A stretch of DNA of 64,000 nt from a virus. A program made the position numbers and the translations under genes. The stretch lies in IMG/VR virus record IMGVR_UViG_3300021964_000014; one strand, given 5' to 3'. The notes beneath the pieces were generated by a model that saw only the letters and a list, made by a program, of their open reading frames with translations, did not search any database and had not been told where the DNA came from. Shown piece by piece: positions 26,703-37,200 of this stretch. Each line of letters opens with the position of its first letter. Position 1 is the stretch's first letter.

Positions 26703-27865
26703 TATAGTTCAAATCTATTTTTATATGCATTATAATTTTTTGCGATTTCTGCTGCTGTTAATACCCTATCGTACACCCTAACTACTGGAGCATCGATATC
26801 TGTATATCTATCATTAGAATACGCTCTTCCAATCGTTAGTCTAGGGGAAGTTCCTAAAGCCATATCTGGTACACTCCCCCCTGAGTTGTATAGCTCTCCG
26901 TTTATATATAAAGTTATATTACCGTTAGCATCATGTGTTCCAACACAATGGTAATATTGATTATTAGTCATACTATAAGCAGAAGTTAAATAATCACTAG
27001 AACCGTTATAATAATCAGTAACTATATTAGAAACAGCTCCAGTGCTTCTGAATTCAAAAAATGGTGTATTAGCACCTGATGGTTTTAGATTGAAGAATGT
27101 TCTCCAGGCTCCTGGGGTGCTTTTTCTTTTTAAAACTCCTTCTATAGTACACCCTCCATCTAAATATGCATCTGTTAAAGAAACTAAAATATAATCATCT
27201 GTTCCATCAAAAGTTACTTGGAGGTTTGAATCAAAAGAAGTATTTGATATATCTATTGTTGAGCCACTAGTAATATTTAACAACGCTTGTGTAGCTGATC
27301 TAGTACCATCAACAAATTGTGTAGCGTATCCTTTGTTTATTTCAACTACTGGCATAGTCATTTCTAAATATACATGATTGGTATTTGTATAAGGTCTAAA
27401 TTCTACGTAATCGTTATTCATACTGGACTGATTTACGGTCCATTGTACTTTTTGCCAATCACTATTTGCTGCTAATGTTCTAGTACTAGAAAAATCATGA
27501 CCTATATAAGCATACATTGGATATGATGTACTATTATTATTTCTTACCATACAGCTCATAGTTACGGTACCTGAAGATCCAGCTGCTGTTCTAAGTCCTG
27601 AGATGGTTGTGTCAATACCTTGATAGCTAGCTCCTAAAGTAGTTCTACAATTGTATGTAGGTTGTCCGTTATATGTGTTACCTGTGGCAATTCGTTGTGC
27701 AGTATTCTCTGTCCCCCAACTTCCAAAACTTACAGGTCCGTAGTTCGTAGTAGGTTGGCCTAAATAAAATCTAGACGCAGTACTATCATCAACAATACCA
27801 TACCCGGTATCATGTCCGTATACTAATGCATTTTCTATACTATCTGGTCCTACTGCTATTGACAT
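26702..27865 (-). CDS. Virion protein with C-terminal LamG/ConA domain (paralogue of 25128)
   Basis: TFDGTDDYI...LYING...YDRVLTAAEIAKNYNA; shares N-terminal LVYGxD and RFYxGxPT motifs with its neighbour. Confidence 0.8.
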   Translation of the reverse strand: MSIAVGPDSIENALVYGHDTGYGIVDDSTASRFYLGQPTTNYGPVSFGSWGTENTAQRIATGNTYNGQPTYNCRTTLGASYQGIDTTISGLRTAAGSSGTVTMSCMVRNNNSTSYPMYAYIGHDFSSTRTLAANSDWQKVQWTVNQSSMNNDYVEFRPYTNTNHVYLEMTMPVVEINKGYATQFVDGTRSATQALLNITSGSTIDISNTSFDSNLQVTFDGTDDYILVSLTDAYLDGGCTIEGVLKRKSTPGAWRTFFNLKPSGANTPFFEFRSTGAVSNIVTDYYNGSSDYLTSAYSMTNNQYYHCVGTHDANGNITLYINGELYNSGGSVPDMALGTSPRLTIGRAYSNDRYTDIDAPVVRVYDRVLTAAEIAKNYNAYKNRFEL

Positions 27866-27866
27866 A

Positions 27867-28196
27867 TTACGGTTCTAAATCATTATTTGTCCATTCTTCT
27901 CCTGATAGTAGTTCTAATATTTCAGAATACGTATATTCGGTGTAATCACTACTGTAAATAGAAGGTCTACCGTATACTCCTTGTTCTATTGTGTGTGTTG
28001 TATCTTCTCCTGTTTCAGGATTTTGAAATGTTTCCGTATAGGTTTCTTCTACAACCCTTACATCGTATTTAACAAAAGTTTTACTCCCATTTAAAGAAAG
28101 GCGTAAAGTATCTGCTGAGTTCTGCAGTACTTCGTTAAAATTGATTGATCCTGTTATGCTAGTTGGTATTACTAACCATCTTCTGTTTTCAAACAT
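27867..28196 (-). CDS. Small fibre-associated hypothetical protein
   Basis: INFNEVLQ...TLRLS...KTFVKY...YSEILELL...EW; translationally coupled to neighbours. Confidence 0.65.
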   Translation of the reverse strand: MFENRRWLVIPTSITGSINFNEVLQNSADTLRLSLNGSKTFVKYDVRVVEETYTETFQNPETGEDTTHTIEQGVYGRPSIYSSDYTEYTYSEILELLSGEEWTNNDLEP

Positions 28197-28199
28197 AAT

Positions 28200-28412
28200 C
28201 TAATTATTTTTTTCTACTTCTACTATATTCCAAAAAGGTAACTGTGTCATTTGTGCTTCATAATCATCTAAAAGACTTGAAGGCATAGTTTCATCATAAT
28301 ATTCTTCCCCACTAGACCATATATTATTTCCATTTAAATCTTCAACTACTCTGGTAAAAACACTACCAGAAATAGTAAGAATCAATTTCATTTCTTTCAG
28401 TTGAGTTTCCAT
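28200..28412 (-). CDS. Hypothetical protein
   Basis: 70-aa ORF tightly packed between neighbours. Confidence 0.55.
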   Translation of the reverse strand: METQLKEMKLILTISGSVFTRVVEDLNGNNIWSSGEEYYDETMPSSLLDDYEAQMTQLPFWNIVEVEKNN

Positions 28413-28416
28413 ATTT

Positions 28417-29148
28417 TTATTTTATATATACTGCTCCATAATTGTAAGCGTTGCCTGAGGATGAGCTAACCCAATGTGGTTTATCATTATAGTCTCCTCC
28501 TGCAAAATAGTTTCCTGTCCAACAACTTGAATACCACCAAGGATTATTATTGTAATAAGTAGAACAGTTACCGCCGTTTGTATCCTGGTCATTATCGAAA
28601 GTGGTTAAATTATTACCGCTGTTGGCATGACTATAAAACCCCGGTGTTGTGCCTCCTACTATATTACTTAAATTTCCTACGCTTTGAAAAGCATAAGTGC
28701 TTGAGAACCCGGTTGTAGTCCAGCTTGATCTAAAAGTATGAGTTCCTGATAGAGGGACTGTTGATGTATGTACATATTGTACTACTTTTATACTGTTGGC
28801 TGTTACTCTACCGGCTAGTTCACTCCAATATTTTAACCCAATCCATACATTAACGTTATCGTATCCCAATCTTACAAGTTCTCTTCCTGAAGTAGCTGCT
28901 ACATCGTTTGTGGCATCATCTGTACCGTTTTTTCTATAGTTAGCGGTATTGATTGCATTATTGTAGGTAAGGTTATTCATTCCAGCAGTTAAACCTCTAT
29001 TAGCCAGCACCATAACCCATCCTCCGCCGTCGTAATCTTGGTCTATAAAAACAGGTATAGTACCTATACTGGTGTTTATTCTATAAAATCCAGTAGGTCC
29101 TGATACTTCACTAACGCTTGAGTAAACCGGTCCTCTTTTGATACTCAT
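28417..29148 (-). CDS. Fibrinogen C-terminal-like domain protein
   Basis: DYDGGGWVMV, WIGL and TTFDNDQD...NC...WWYSSC match the fibrinogen-related domain pattern. Confidence 0.78.
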   Translation of the reverse strand: MSIKRGPVYSSVSEVSGPTGFYRINTSIGTIPVFIDQDYDGGGWVMVLANRGLTAGMNNLTYNNAINTANYRKNGTDDATNDVAATSGRELVRLGYDNVNVWIGLKYWSELAGRVTANSIKVVQYVHTSTVPLSGTHTFRSSWTTTGFSSTYAFQSVGNLSNIVGGTTPGFYSHANSGNNLTTFDNDQDTNGGNCSTYYNNNPWWYSSCWTGNYFAGGDYNDKPHWVSSSSGNAYNYGAVYIK

Positions 29149-29152
29149 AACT

Positions 29153-32100
29153 TTACTTATTGATTAATTTATTTACTAAATCTTTTAATTCATCAATTTG
29201 TTTTTGTTGATCTTCGATAGTATCTTGCTGTTCTTTTATACCTTCTACAAGCAAGGGAACTATTTTAGAATAGTCTACAGATAAGTAATCTTCGTTAACT
29301 GATTTACCTTTATCAGTATCGTTAATTGCTGCTTTATGAACAGCTTCAGGAAGTATTTCTTGAACTTCTTGAGCAGAAAGGCCTACTCTTCTTTCCTTTT
29401 TATACCCTAATTCTACTGCTTTATCATTTGGTTCATAATAAAATCCATTTAAAAACTTAATTTTATCTACAGGGTTTTCTATATCACCTAATTTAGTTTT
29501 TAAACGCATATCAGAATAGTATGCTACAATATCACCTGAGGCTTGTATTGTACCATTTGTCCATATACCCGAACCAATAGCGGTGTAGGTAGCACCGTTC
29601 ATCATTAACAGTAACTGGTGGCCTAAACCTGCTTTAGATTGTCCACCAATATTCGAATGTGTAAACGCTAATCCGTATAAATTACCTGTACTGGTACCAT
29701 CATCTGAAAGGTTATAACCCGTACCCATAGACCAAACGTGTTGGTATCTAGTCGCTGAATATAATCCATAAACACCTCTACCGTAGTTGTTAGCAACTAA
29801 TGCTTTTTGAGTAGCCATTGTAATGGTACTACTAAATGAATCTGCCGCATCTGATCGTAAGAATGATGCTCCTTGAACACCATCTAGTAAATCAGCATCT
29901 AATCCAGAACCTGCACCATCAGAGGTATTAGTCCATATTTCTCTCCAACCAGGTGCATAACCACTACCTTGGTCGTTATAAACAAACATCTTACCAGCTG
30001 AACCACCAGTATTTGGTGCAATTGCAAGTACAGTTATATTACCTCTGGTTGAATCAGAAGAATTATCAGTCCATGTAAGGAATGAAGCACCGGCGGTTTC
30101 TGTAAATCTACCGGCATCACTTAAGTCAAAGTTACCAGCATATGACCAAGAAGTTTTAAATACTGAACTGTATGAATCAAATGCTCCATCACTTTCCATT
30201 TCAGATATTAATCCTGCAGTTGTTGCTGTACCTGTAAACGCTTGTGTCCCTAAAGACCTGATATCATTATAGTATGCGTATATATTGTTTAATGTAGAAC
30301 TATAGTTAGCTGAGGTTAATACTGTATTTCCACCAGCGGTAACGTTTGGTGAACCGATTTTAAAATAATGACCAGAGTTAGTTATATTAATCTCTAAAGG
30401 CCATCCTGATGCTCCTCCTGTACCATCAAATGATGTCCAAGTAATTGAATCATTTGAGTTACTTCTTAAAATATAGAATAGGTTACTATTCTGATGAATC
30501 ATTGCAGACAGGTGATCGGTATCTCTTAGGTAAATTGTTGGATCAGTACCTCTAATATATAAATTATTAGATTGGGTAGTAGAAGTAGAGATAGCATCAG
30601 TAATACCAAACCCAGATAAAGTAGTAGGTTTACTTGTGATTCCACTCCATGCTACAGCTCCTGCTGAATCGGCATACCCGGCATATAGTTTTCTCCAAGA
30701 TGACCAGTTACCGCTTTCCATATCTCTTGCAAAAAGATACTGGCTACCTCCTTGTCCTGCTCTAGCCCAATAAAGCTCAGATCCATAATGACCGCTAGCC
30801 CCAGTTTGAGTACCGTAATCATTACCAAGACCTAATCTAAAGCCATACCATTGATGGCCTGCTGTTCCTGTTGGGCCGTTTGTACCGCCCTGTAGGTAGT
30901 TTACACCTGCTCTTAAACCTGTATCGTTAAAGTTAGTATAAGTACTATGGTTTCTACCTTGATTATTCAATAAACTGCTTCCTATACCCCCTGCTCCAGT
31001 TAATGCTAATGACGATAAAGCAGAAGCATTTGATGCTGTTCCTGTTACATTACCTGTTACATTACCTGTTACATTACCTGTTACATTACCTGTTACATTA
31101 CCTGTTACATTACCTGTTAATGCTCCCACAAATGTTGCTGCTTGAACAGAAGCATTACTCGTTCCACCGTCTACATCAAAATGGAATCGATTAGCAGTAT
31201 CATCAAACCTTAAGTAATCATTATTTTGAAATCTTATTTTTGCTGAAGATCCTACAATAGGTGTGTTTATTGTTACTGTATTAAATGCAAGTGTATTAGT
31301 GTACGTACCCTGAAGTGAAGCGTCTGTTAAGACTCCTGATCCGTTTATACCGTGGTTTGTGTCATCTACAAATAATCCTGCGTCTGCTCTTATGTAACGA
31401 GGTGTGTAAATATTTTTTGCAGTTTCTTGATTTATTCTTAACCATGTAGTATCTTCACATCCTATTTCACCAACTCTTGTTGTACCGTTATAGAATTGAA
31501 TATGATCTGATACGTTATTATCTGCTTTTTTGATTGCAATTCGTGTATCTGCAAGACCTGTTCCTACATCTAATGAACCACTAAAATGTGAACTTCCACT
31601 CACGGTTAAAGAATGTATAGAACTTAAAGAAGTAGTTCCTATACCTAAACTTCCATCAAAGTACGAATCTCCACTAGAATTAACATTTAAAATAGGTATA
31701 CCGGATATATCTGATACTGAGAATAAATCCCCGGTTAAATTATCAGTTATAGAAAATAACTGTCCTTGTGAACCTTGTATGTCTAATACTGTAGAACCAG
31801 AACCGTATACTTCTAGTTTTGAGGATGGTGAAGTTGTACCTATACCTAGATTACCGTTATGGTCGAGTTCCATTTTAATGTTAGACCAGTCTGCAGAACC
31901 AGATCTACTGGTATACCAATAATGTGAGTGGTTTTCAGAAGCTGTATTTCCTACTGTTCTCCAATGTCCGGAATAGTAATGTATATCGTTACCATATGAT
32001 CTAATCATACCTCCGTAATTGCCTGTAATCCCTAATTCTAAGCTTGCATAATTACTTGTTCCGCCTATTCGTAAAGCAGCTGTACCAGATGCTCCACCTG

Positions 32101-34291
32101 CTCCTGAATCGATATTTAATTGTGTAGCTGGGGCAGTGGTTCCAATACCAACGTAGCCAGTAGCGTGCTTAATAGTTAATTCATTATTACTTGCTCCAGG
32201 ATTTGTGTTTTCTCCAGGAAGAGTTCTAATATAGAAATCACCAGCTGTAACATTATTTGCGCTACCGACTAACCAACCCTTGCTATTAAATGAGTCCCAC
32301 ATTCTTATCGCAGGAGCAGTAGTCCAAGATTGACCACTTCCATTTAACTCAAGTCTACCTTCTGGACTAGTAGTTCCGATTCCCACATTACCAGAAGAGT
32401 TAATTGTCATATCAACAGCAGATCCTATACCGAAGTCAATTTGATTTTCACCTCTGATCCCGAAGTTGTTTGCGTTGTTATTAGGAGAAACAAATAAATG
32501 GTACCCGCTTCCAATATACCCTTTTGCAGTGCTGTTATTGTTAAATCTTAAATACGGCCCATTAGCATCTGTGGAATTAAATACTGTATTTTCAGAATTA
32601 TTATTTACTACTAACTTTCCATTAAGAGTAAGAGCACCGGTGAAGGTATCGCTCGTATCGCTTCTTAAGTAAGAAGATCCTTGAACACCGTCTAATAAAT
32701 CAGCATCTAATCCTGAGCTTGCTCCATCGTTTCCGGCATGCCAGACTTGATTGTCATCAATATAAACCTTACCAGCAGCATCTAAATCAATTCTTAATTT
32801 ATTTGCATTTGCACCAACAAACTGAATCTCATTAGGATTTGATGCCCATCGAATACCCCAAGCGTTTGCAGCTGTTCCCTCTGAAGGATAGTAATCCTCG
32901 CTAATACCCCAAATGTCAGCGTCGCCATCACTACTAAGTCTAGAAAGAAAACCTCCTTGTAAAATAGGTCTATCACCTATTGATGAAGGAAAAGTTAATT
33001 GTTTTGATACAGTATCGTCGGCATCGCTTCTCACGTACTTCGAGTAAGTAGGCGGTGGATTTGCAGAACTGTAATAGTAAGAACCATGTTGTCCATCTAA
33101 CAAATCTGCATCTAATCCTGAACTTGCACCATCATTTCCTGCATGCCATACAAGACTTGTACCGTCATATATATTACCGGTTGCAATTATATCTCCTTCT
33201 ACTTTAACAACAGTACGTGTTTCCGTTCCACTTATAATAAATCCGTCATTTGAATTTCCTCCAGTTGTGGTAATGGCTCCGTCAGAATGTAAATACTGAA
33301 TTGTACCAACTTGAGAGAAATTTGAAGTTTGATCACTAAATTTTATAGTGGCTCCAACTCCATTAGTAGAAGATTTTATAAAAACTCCTGTATCATTTAT
33401 AAATTGAATATGGCCTGTTGTGCTATCATCTGCATCACTTCTTAAGAATGAAGAAGCTTGTATACCATCTACAGTATCTGCATCTAATCCTGATCCTGCT
33501 CCATCGTTACCGGCATGCCAAATCATACTACCCCCAGTAAAGTTAGCAGAAGAAGCCCAGTAGGGTTGGGTGTCTGTACCTACTCCAAAGTACCTTGTAT
33601 GTACTCCGCTAACCTCTAATGCTAATCCTACTTGATTACTAGTTGGACTAGTCCTTCTAAGTATTAACTGATCTGCAGTATTTGATTTCGCTATAACTAA
33701 TTGACCTGTGGTAGTATCATCTGCATCACTTCTCAAGTAAGAAGCTCCTTGCACACCGTCTAATAAATCTGCATCTAATCCTGAACTTGCACCATCATTT
33801 CCTGCATGCCAAATTTCATTATTTTCAATTGTAGTTGTACCACCTCGTTCGTCAAAATTAAAATTAACTGCGGCAAAATTTATATCTCCGTATGAATTAT
33901 TAGTTCTATCATATGATAAAATATAGGCCTCAGTTGAATTTGGTCCAGAAACCCCTATTTCTAATGCAGTACCAGATGCATTTGATGAATTATTATTCCA
34001 CCATCCGGTTGCTCTAATTTGTCCTAGAGCTAAAATATCTCCATTAACCGTTAAATCCCCAGATCCTAATGAAATATTTCCTGCTGTTAATGTACCTGTG
34101 AAATTACCATCCCCTAATAGGTTAAGAGACCCGGTCATATTGTGCACATCATCTGATGAATTACCAAAAGATGTACTACCACTTTCATGTAGTATAGAAG
34201 AACTTATAAACTCAGTATGAAATTCTTGAGCTGTTAGTGTTCCTGTTACTACTAATGATCCGGTTACCGCCGAGGATTGTAATTGTGCCAT
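29153..34291 (-). CDS. Tail fibre protein with C-terminal S74 intramolecular chaperone
   Basis: WHAGNDG...LDADLLDG repeats and GIGT repeats; SDMRLK...GLSAQEV...VDY...LLVEGIKE. Confidence 0.88.
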   Translation of the reverse strand: MAQLQSSAVTGSLVVTGTLTAQEFHTEFISSSILHESGSTSFGNSSDDVHNMTGSLNLLGDGNFTGTLTAGNISLGSGDLTVNGDILALGQIRATGWWNNNSSNASGTALEIGVSGPNSTEAYILSYDRTNNSYGDINFAAVNFNFDERGGTTTIENNEIWHAGNDGASSGLDADLLDGVQGASYLRSDADDTTTGQLVIAKSNTADQLILRRTSPTSNQVGLALEVSGVHTRYFGVGTDTQPYWASSANFTGGSMIWHAGNDGAGSGLDADTVDGIQASSFLRSDADDSTTGHIQFINDTGVFIKSSTNGVGATIKFSDQTSNFSQVGTIQYLHSDGAITTTGGNSNDGFIISGTETRTVVKVEGDIIATGNIYDGTSLVWHAGNDGASSGLDADLLDGQHGSYYYSSANPPPTYSKYVRSDADDTVSKQLTFPSSIGDRPILQGGFLSRLSSDGDADIWGISEDYYPSEGTAANAWGIRWASNPNEIQFVGANANKLRIDLDAAGKVYIDDNQVWHAGNDGASSGLDADLLDGVQGSSYLRSDTSDTFTGALTLNGKLVVNNNSENTVFNSTDANGPYLRFNNNSTAKGYIGSGYHLFVSPNNNANNFGIRGENQIDFGIGSAVDMTINSSGNVGIGTTSPEGRLELNGSGQSWTTAPAIRMWDSFNSKGWLVGSANNVTAGDFYIRTLPGENTNPGASNNELTIKHATGYVGIGTTAPATQLNIDSGAGGASGTAALRIGGTSNYASLELGITGNYGGMIRSYGNDIHYYSGHWRTVGNTASENHSHYWYTSRSGSADWSNIKMELDHNGNLGIGTTSPSSKLEVYGSGSTVLDIQGSQGQLFSITDNLTGDLFSVSDISGIPILNVNSSGDSYFDGSLGIGTTSLSSIHSLTVSGSSHFSGSLDVGTGLADTRIAIKKADNNVSDHIQFYNGTTRVGEIGCEDTTWLRINQETAKNIYTPRYIRADAGLFVDDTNHGINGSGVLTDASLQGTYTNTLAFNTVTINTPIVGSSAKIRFQNNDYLRFDDTANRFHFDVDGGTSNASVQAATFVGALTGNVTGNVTGNVTGNVTGNVTGNVTGTASNASALSSLALTGAGGIGSSLLNNQGRNHSTYTNFNDTGLRAGVNYLQGGTNGPTGTAGHQWYGFRLGLGNDYGTQTGASGHYGSELYWARAGQGGSQYLFARDMESGNWSSWRKLYAGYADSAGAVAWSGITSKPTTLSGFGITDAISTSTTQSNNLYIRGTDPTIYLRDTDHLSAMIHQNSNLFYILRSNSNDSITWTSFDGTGGASGWPLEINITNSGHYFKIGSPNVTAGGNTVLTSANYSSTLNNIYAYYNDIRSLGTQAFTGTATTAGLISEMESDGAFDSYSSVFKTSWSYAGNFDLSDAGRFTETAGASFLTWTDNSSDSTRGNITVLAIAPNTGGSAGKMFVYNDQGSGYAPGWREIWTNTSDGAGSGLDADLLDGVQGASFLRSDAADSFSSTITMATQKALVANNYGRGVYGLYSATRYQHVWSMGTGYNLSDDGTSTGNLYGLAFTHSNIGGQSKAGLGHQLLLMMNGATYTAIGSGIWTNGTIQASGDIVAYYSDMRLKTKLGDIENPVDKIKFLNGFYYEPNDKAVELGYKKERRVGLSAQEVQEILPEAVHKAAINDTDKGKSVNEDYLSVDYSKIVPLLVEGIKEQQDTIEDQQKQIDELKDLVNKLINK
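31041..31119. repeat. Perfect 12-bp tandem repeat (cctgttacatta)x6 plus 7 nt, encoding (GNVT)6
   Basis: Read directly from the sequence. Confidence 0.97.
33102..33811. repeat. 47-bp identical direct repeats (33102-33148 and 33765-33811) encoding the WHAGNDGASSGLDAD module junction
   Basis: Direct comparison; diverged copies near 32660-32742, 33430-33520 and 29850-29920. Confidence 0.9.
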
Positions 34292-34296
34292 TTACC

Positions 34297-37200
34297 TTAC
34301 TTTTTCTTTAATATAAATATCTCTTCTTTCAACTCATTAATCTGCTTTTGCTGTTCTTGAACTGCTTTGATTAATATAGCTGTAAGTTTAGTGTATTGTA
34401 TTCCTTTTACTTCTCCGTCTTCTTCAGAAACTAAAGTTGGAATAATTTCTTTAACTTCTTCTGCTATTAAACCTATATCAGATTTACCATCTTTTTTCCA
34501 ATCAAATGATACAGGATTAAGTTTTTCTATATTTTCTAATTGAGATTCTAAAGGTTGTATATTTTCTTTGAATCTTTTTGCTGATGTTTCAGTTAATGTA
34601 CCTTCTACAAATAAGTCGTTATTTATGGTAACATTACCGGAGGTATCTATTCTAAGATGGTTTGTCGAACCATTATCAGTACTAAGATTCATATCAATAG
34701 CATTAGCTATGATATTTAAATCTCCACCGGCTCTAGTTATCCTACTATTACTTGAGATGTAAAGTCCGGCTTCACCGGAACCGTTAGAACGTAAATATAT
34801 CGCTGCTCCAGTAGCTCCATCATCTAAGTATATTCTTGAATCTGCCGAACTTCCTCTAACATCTAATTCATAAGAAGGACTAGTAGTTCCGATTCCTACG
34901 TTTCCTCCTTGATTAAAATAAGTATGTCTTGTTGAACCACTTCTTGAATCTATATTTACTACAGTAGTTCCAGCTTGATTTATTAATCTCAATAAAGAAC
35001 CTGCGTCTGTGCCAGTAGTTCCGTAATTGTCAACTCTAAATGTTAGTTCTTCTGCGTTAGGATGTGAAACATATAAGTTTTCTTTAACTTCTAATTTAGC
35101 AGCAGGGTCATCAATTCCAATTCCTACGTTTTGATCATGATCAATATACATAGCCCTATTTAAAGTGCCATTGGTATTAGTCCAAAAAGATAGAGCTCCT
35201 TCATTTTCCAATCCACCATCACCTGGATTATCATTAACCCAAGAAATTCTAGCCCACTCATAATTACTGTTGCTGTCTGTCCCCCACATTGAAATATGAC
35301 CTTCAGTACTAGCTTTGATATCTCCTACACTATCTAATCTTTGAAGCTTTAATACTTCAACTGATGATTGACCAGAAGTCATTGCGGTTGTGTCTGCTAC
35401 GTGTAATTTAGCATCAGGCGAAGTTGTCCCAATTCCTACGTTTCCTGCAAAAGTTGCACTTGAACTATCTAATGAAAATTCAGTAGTGCCGTTGACATCA
35501 AACTCATACTTGCCATTAGATGATGCAATGTTAAATGTATGTAAAGCATGAGCCGAAACATTAGTGCCACTTGTAATTGATAATCTTCTTATATCACCAG
35601 AACCACCCTCAAAATATTTTCCCTCACTAGAAAGGTTTACATCTATTTCACCACCAGCAGTAATTCCACCAGCAAAAGTTGCATTTTGTGAAGCATCAAG
35701 TGTTAATCCAACTGTGTTAGCTGTAAGTAATTTTAAGCTATCACCTTGAACATTAATTCCTACACCATTATCAGTTGAATTATTATCTTGAATAGCTAAA
35801 AATGCACCAGCATCAGTTGAAATAAATTTACCTACCCTATCATAAGGTGTTGTAACTTTAAATGTTTCTGTGCCTACTGATTGTGTAATTACTAAACTAC
35901 CATCACTTAACGTAACATCTCCTGCAAAAGTTGCATTGTTACCAGAAATCGCAATAGGAGCGTCTGTAAGTGTATCTGAATCAGACCACATTGCAAGATC
36001 GTTAGCTGTTCCTGAACCATCTAAATCATTTCCTACTATCGTAGCAAGTGATGCTGAGATTGAACCCCAGTTGTTAATGTATATGTCTGATCCTGATATA
36101 TCATTTGCAAAATATGCATCATTATTAGATTTGATCCCCCATATTAAACTACTATTAGAATTGGTCTGTTCAACTGCTTGGTTAGTCCCTCCTCCGTTAT
36201 TTCCTAATACTAATTGGTATAAATACCCAGTCGCAAAAGGAGAATCTGTAGGAAGTGTTATACTGCCTCTATTATTAGAATAAAATTCCATAATAGGTTT
36301 AGAGTAAGCTCCTTGTGCATGAGGATTATATCCACCACTGCCACTTGCGTATACTGCCTGGTAACCTTTAAAATATCCGTATGTAGCTACTGAAGCTGTA
36401 GATCCATCTGTTAATATAGGTCCATGGTGAGAAATATATTCGTTACCTGTTGATAAGTCAGATGTGCCTAAATTAATTCCTGATTTTTGTAAGAACCCAC
36501 CATCTTGTATAATAGTGCTGCTAACATCAAGTTTCTGTCTAGGAGAAGTTGTTCCTATTCCGACGTTTCCTGAACCATCTATTGTTACATTTGCTGTTCC
36601 ACCATCTCTAAATCTTATAGGAATACCACTTGGAGCATTAAAATTAAATGCACCACCAACCATATTAATATATCCAGTTTGAGAATTTGCACTTCTTATA
36701 ACACCTATACCACTATCAAAACTACTATCTTGTGAATCTTTTACTGTTAATCTTAATGAAGGCGAAATCGTGCCGATTCCTACGTTGCCATCACTTGCAA
36801 TATACATTTTAGTATTAGCAGCGTGTACACCGCCAATACCGAACTGAATGTTTCCTCCAGTATCTTGGTTGGTAATATAAAATCCCCCTCTGTTACCAGC
36901 TAAACCGTATGCACTTAGATGAACGTGATTTGCAGAAACAGCAGGATTACCGGTATCCACCCCAACAACACGTACTCTATTTTCAAATGATCCGTCACCA
37001 GTTACTTGCAGCTTGAATCCTGGACTAGTATTCCCGATACCGACGTTGCCTGAACTGTTAATCATCATTTTAGAATCACTCAGAGTCATATCTGAGTTGT
37101 CTAAGGTGTTATTATTTAAGAAATGAAGCTCTCCAGTACCGTAAGTACCAGTTCTTTTTAAAGCCAAACCTGCTTTTGTTGCTCCATTTGATGCTATAAA

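Noticed and set aside
31041-33811. Repeats as a possible CRISPR array
   Set aside because: The repeats are in-frame coding units, either tandem without spacers or separated by hundreds of coding bases; no cas genes are present.
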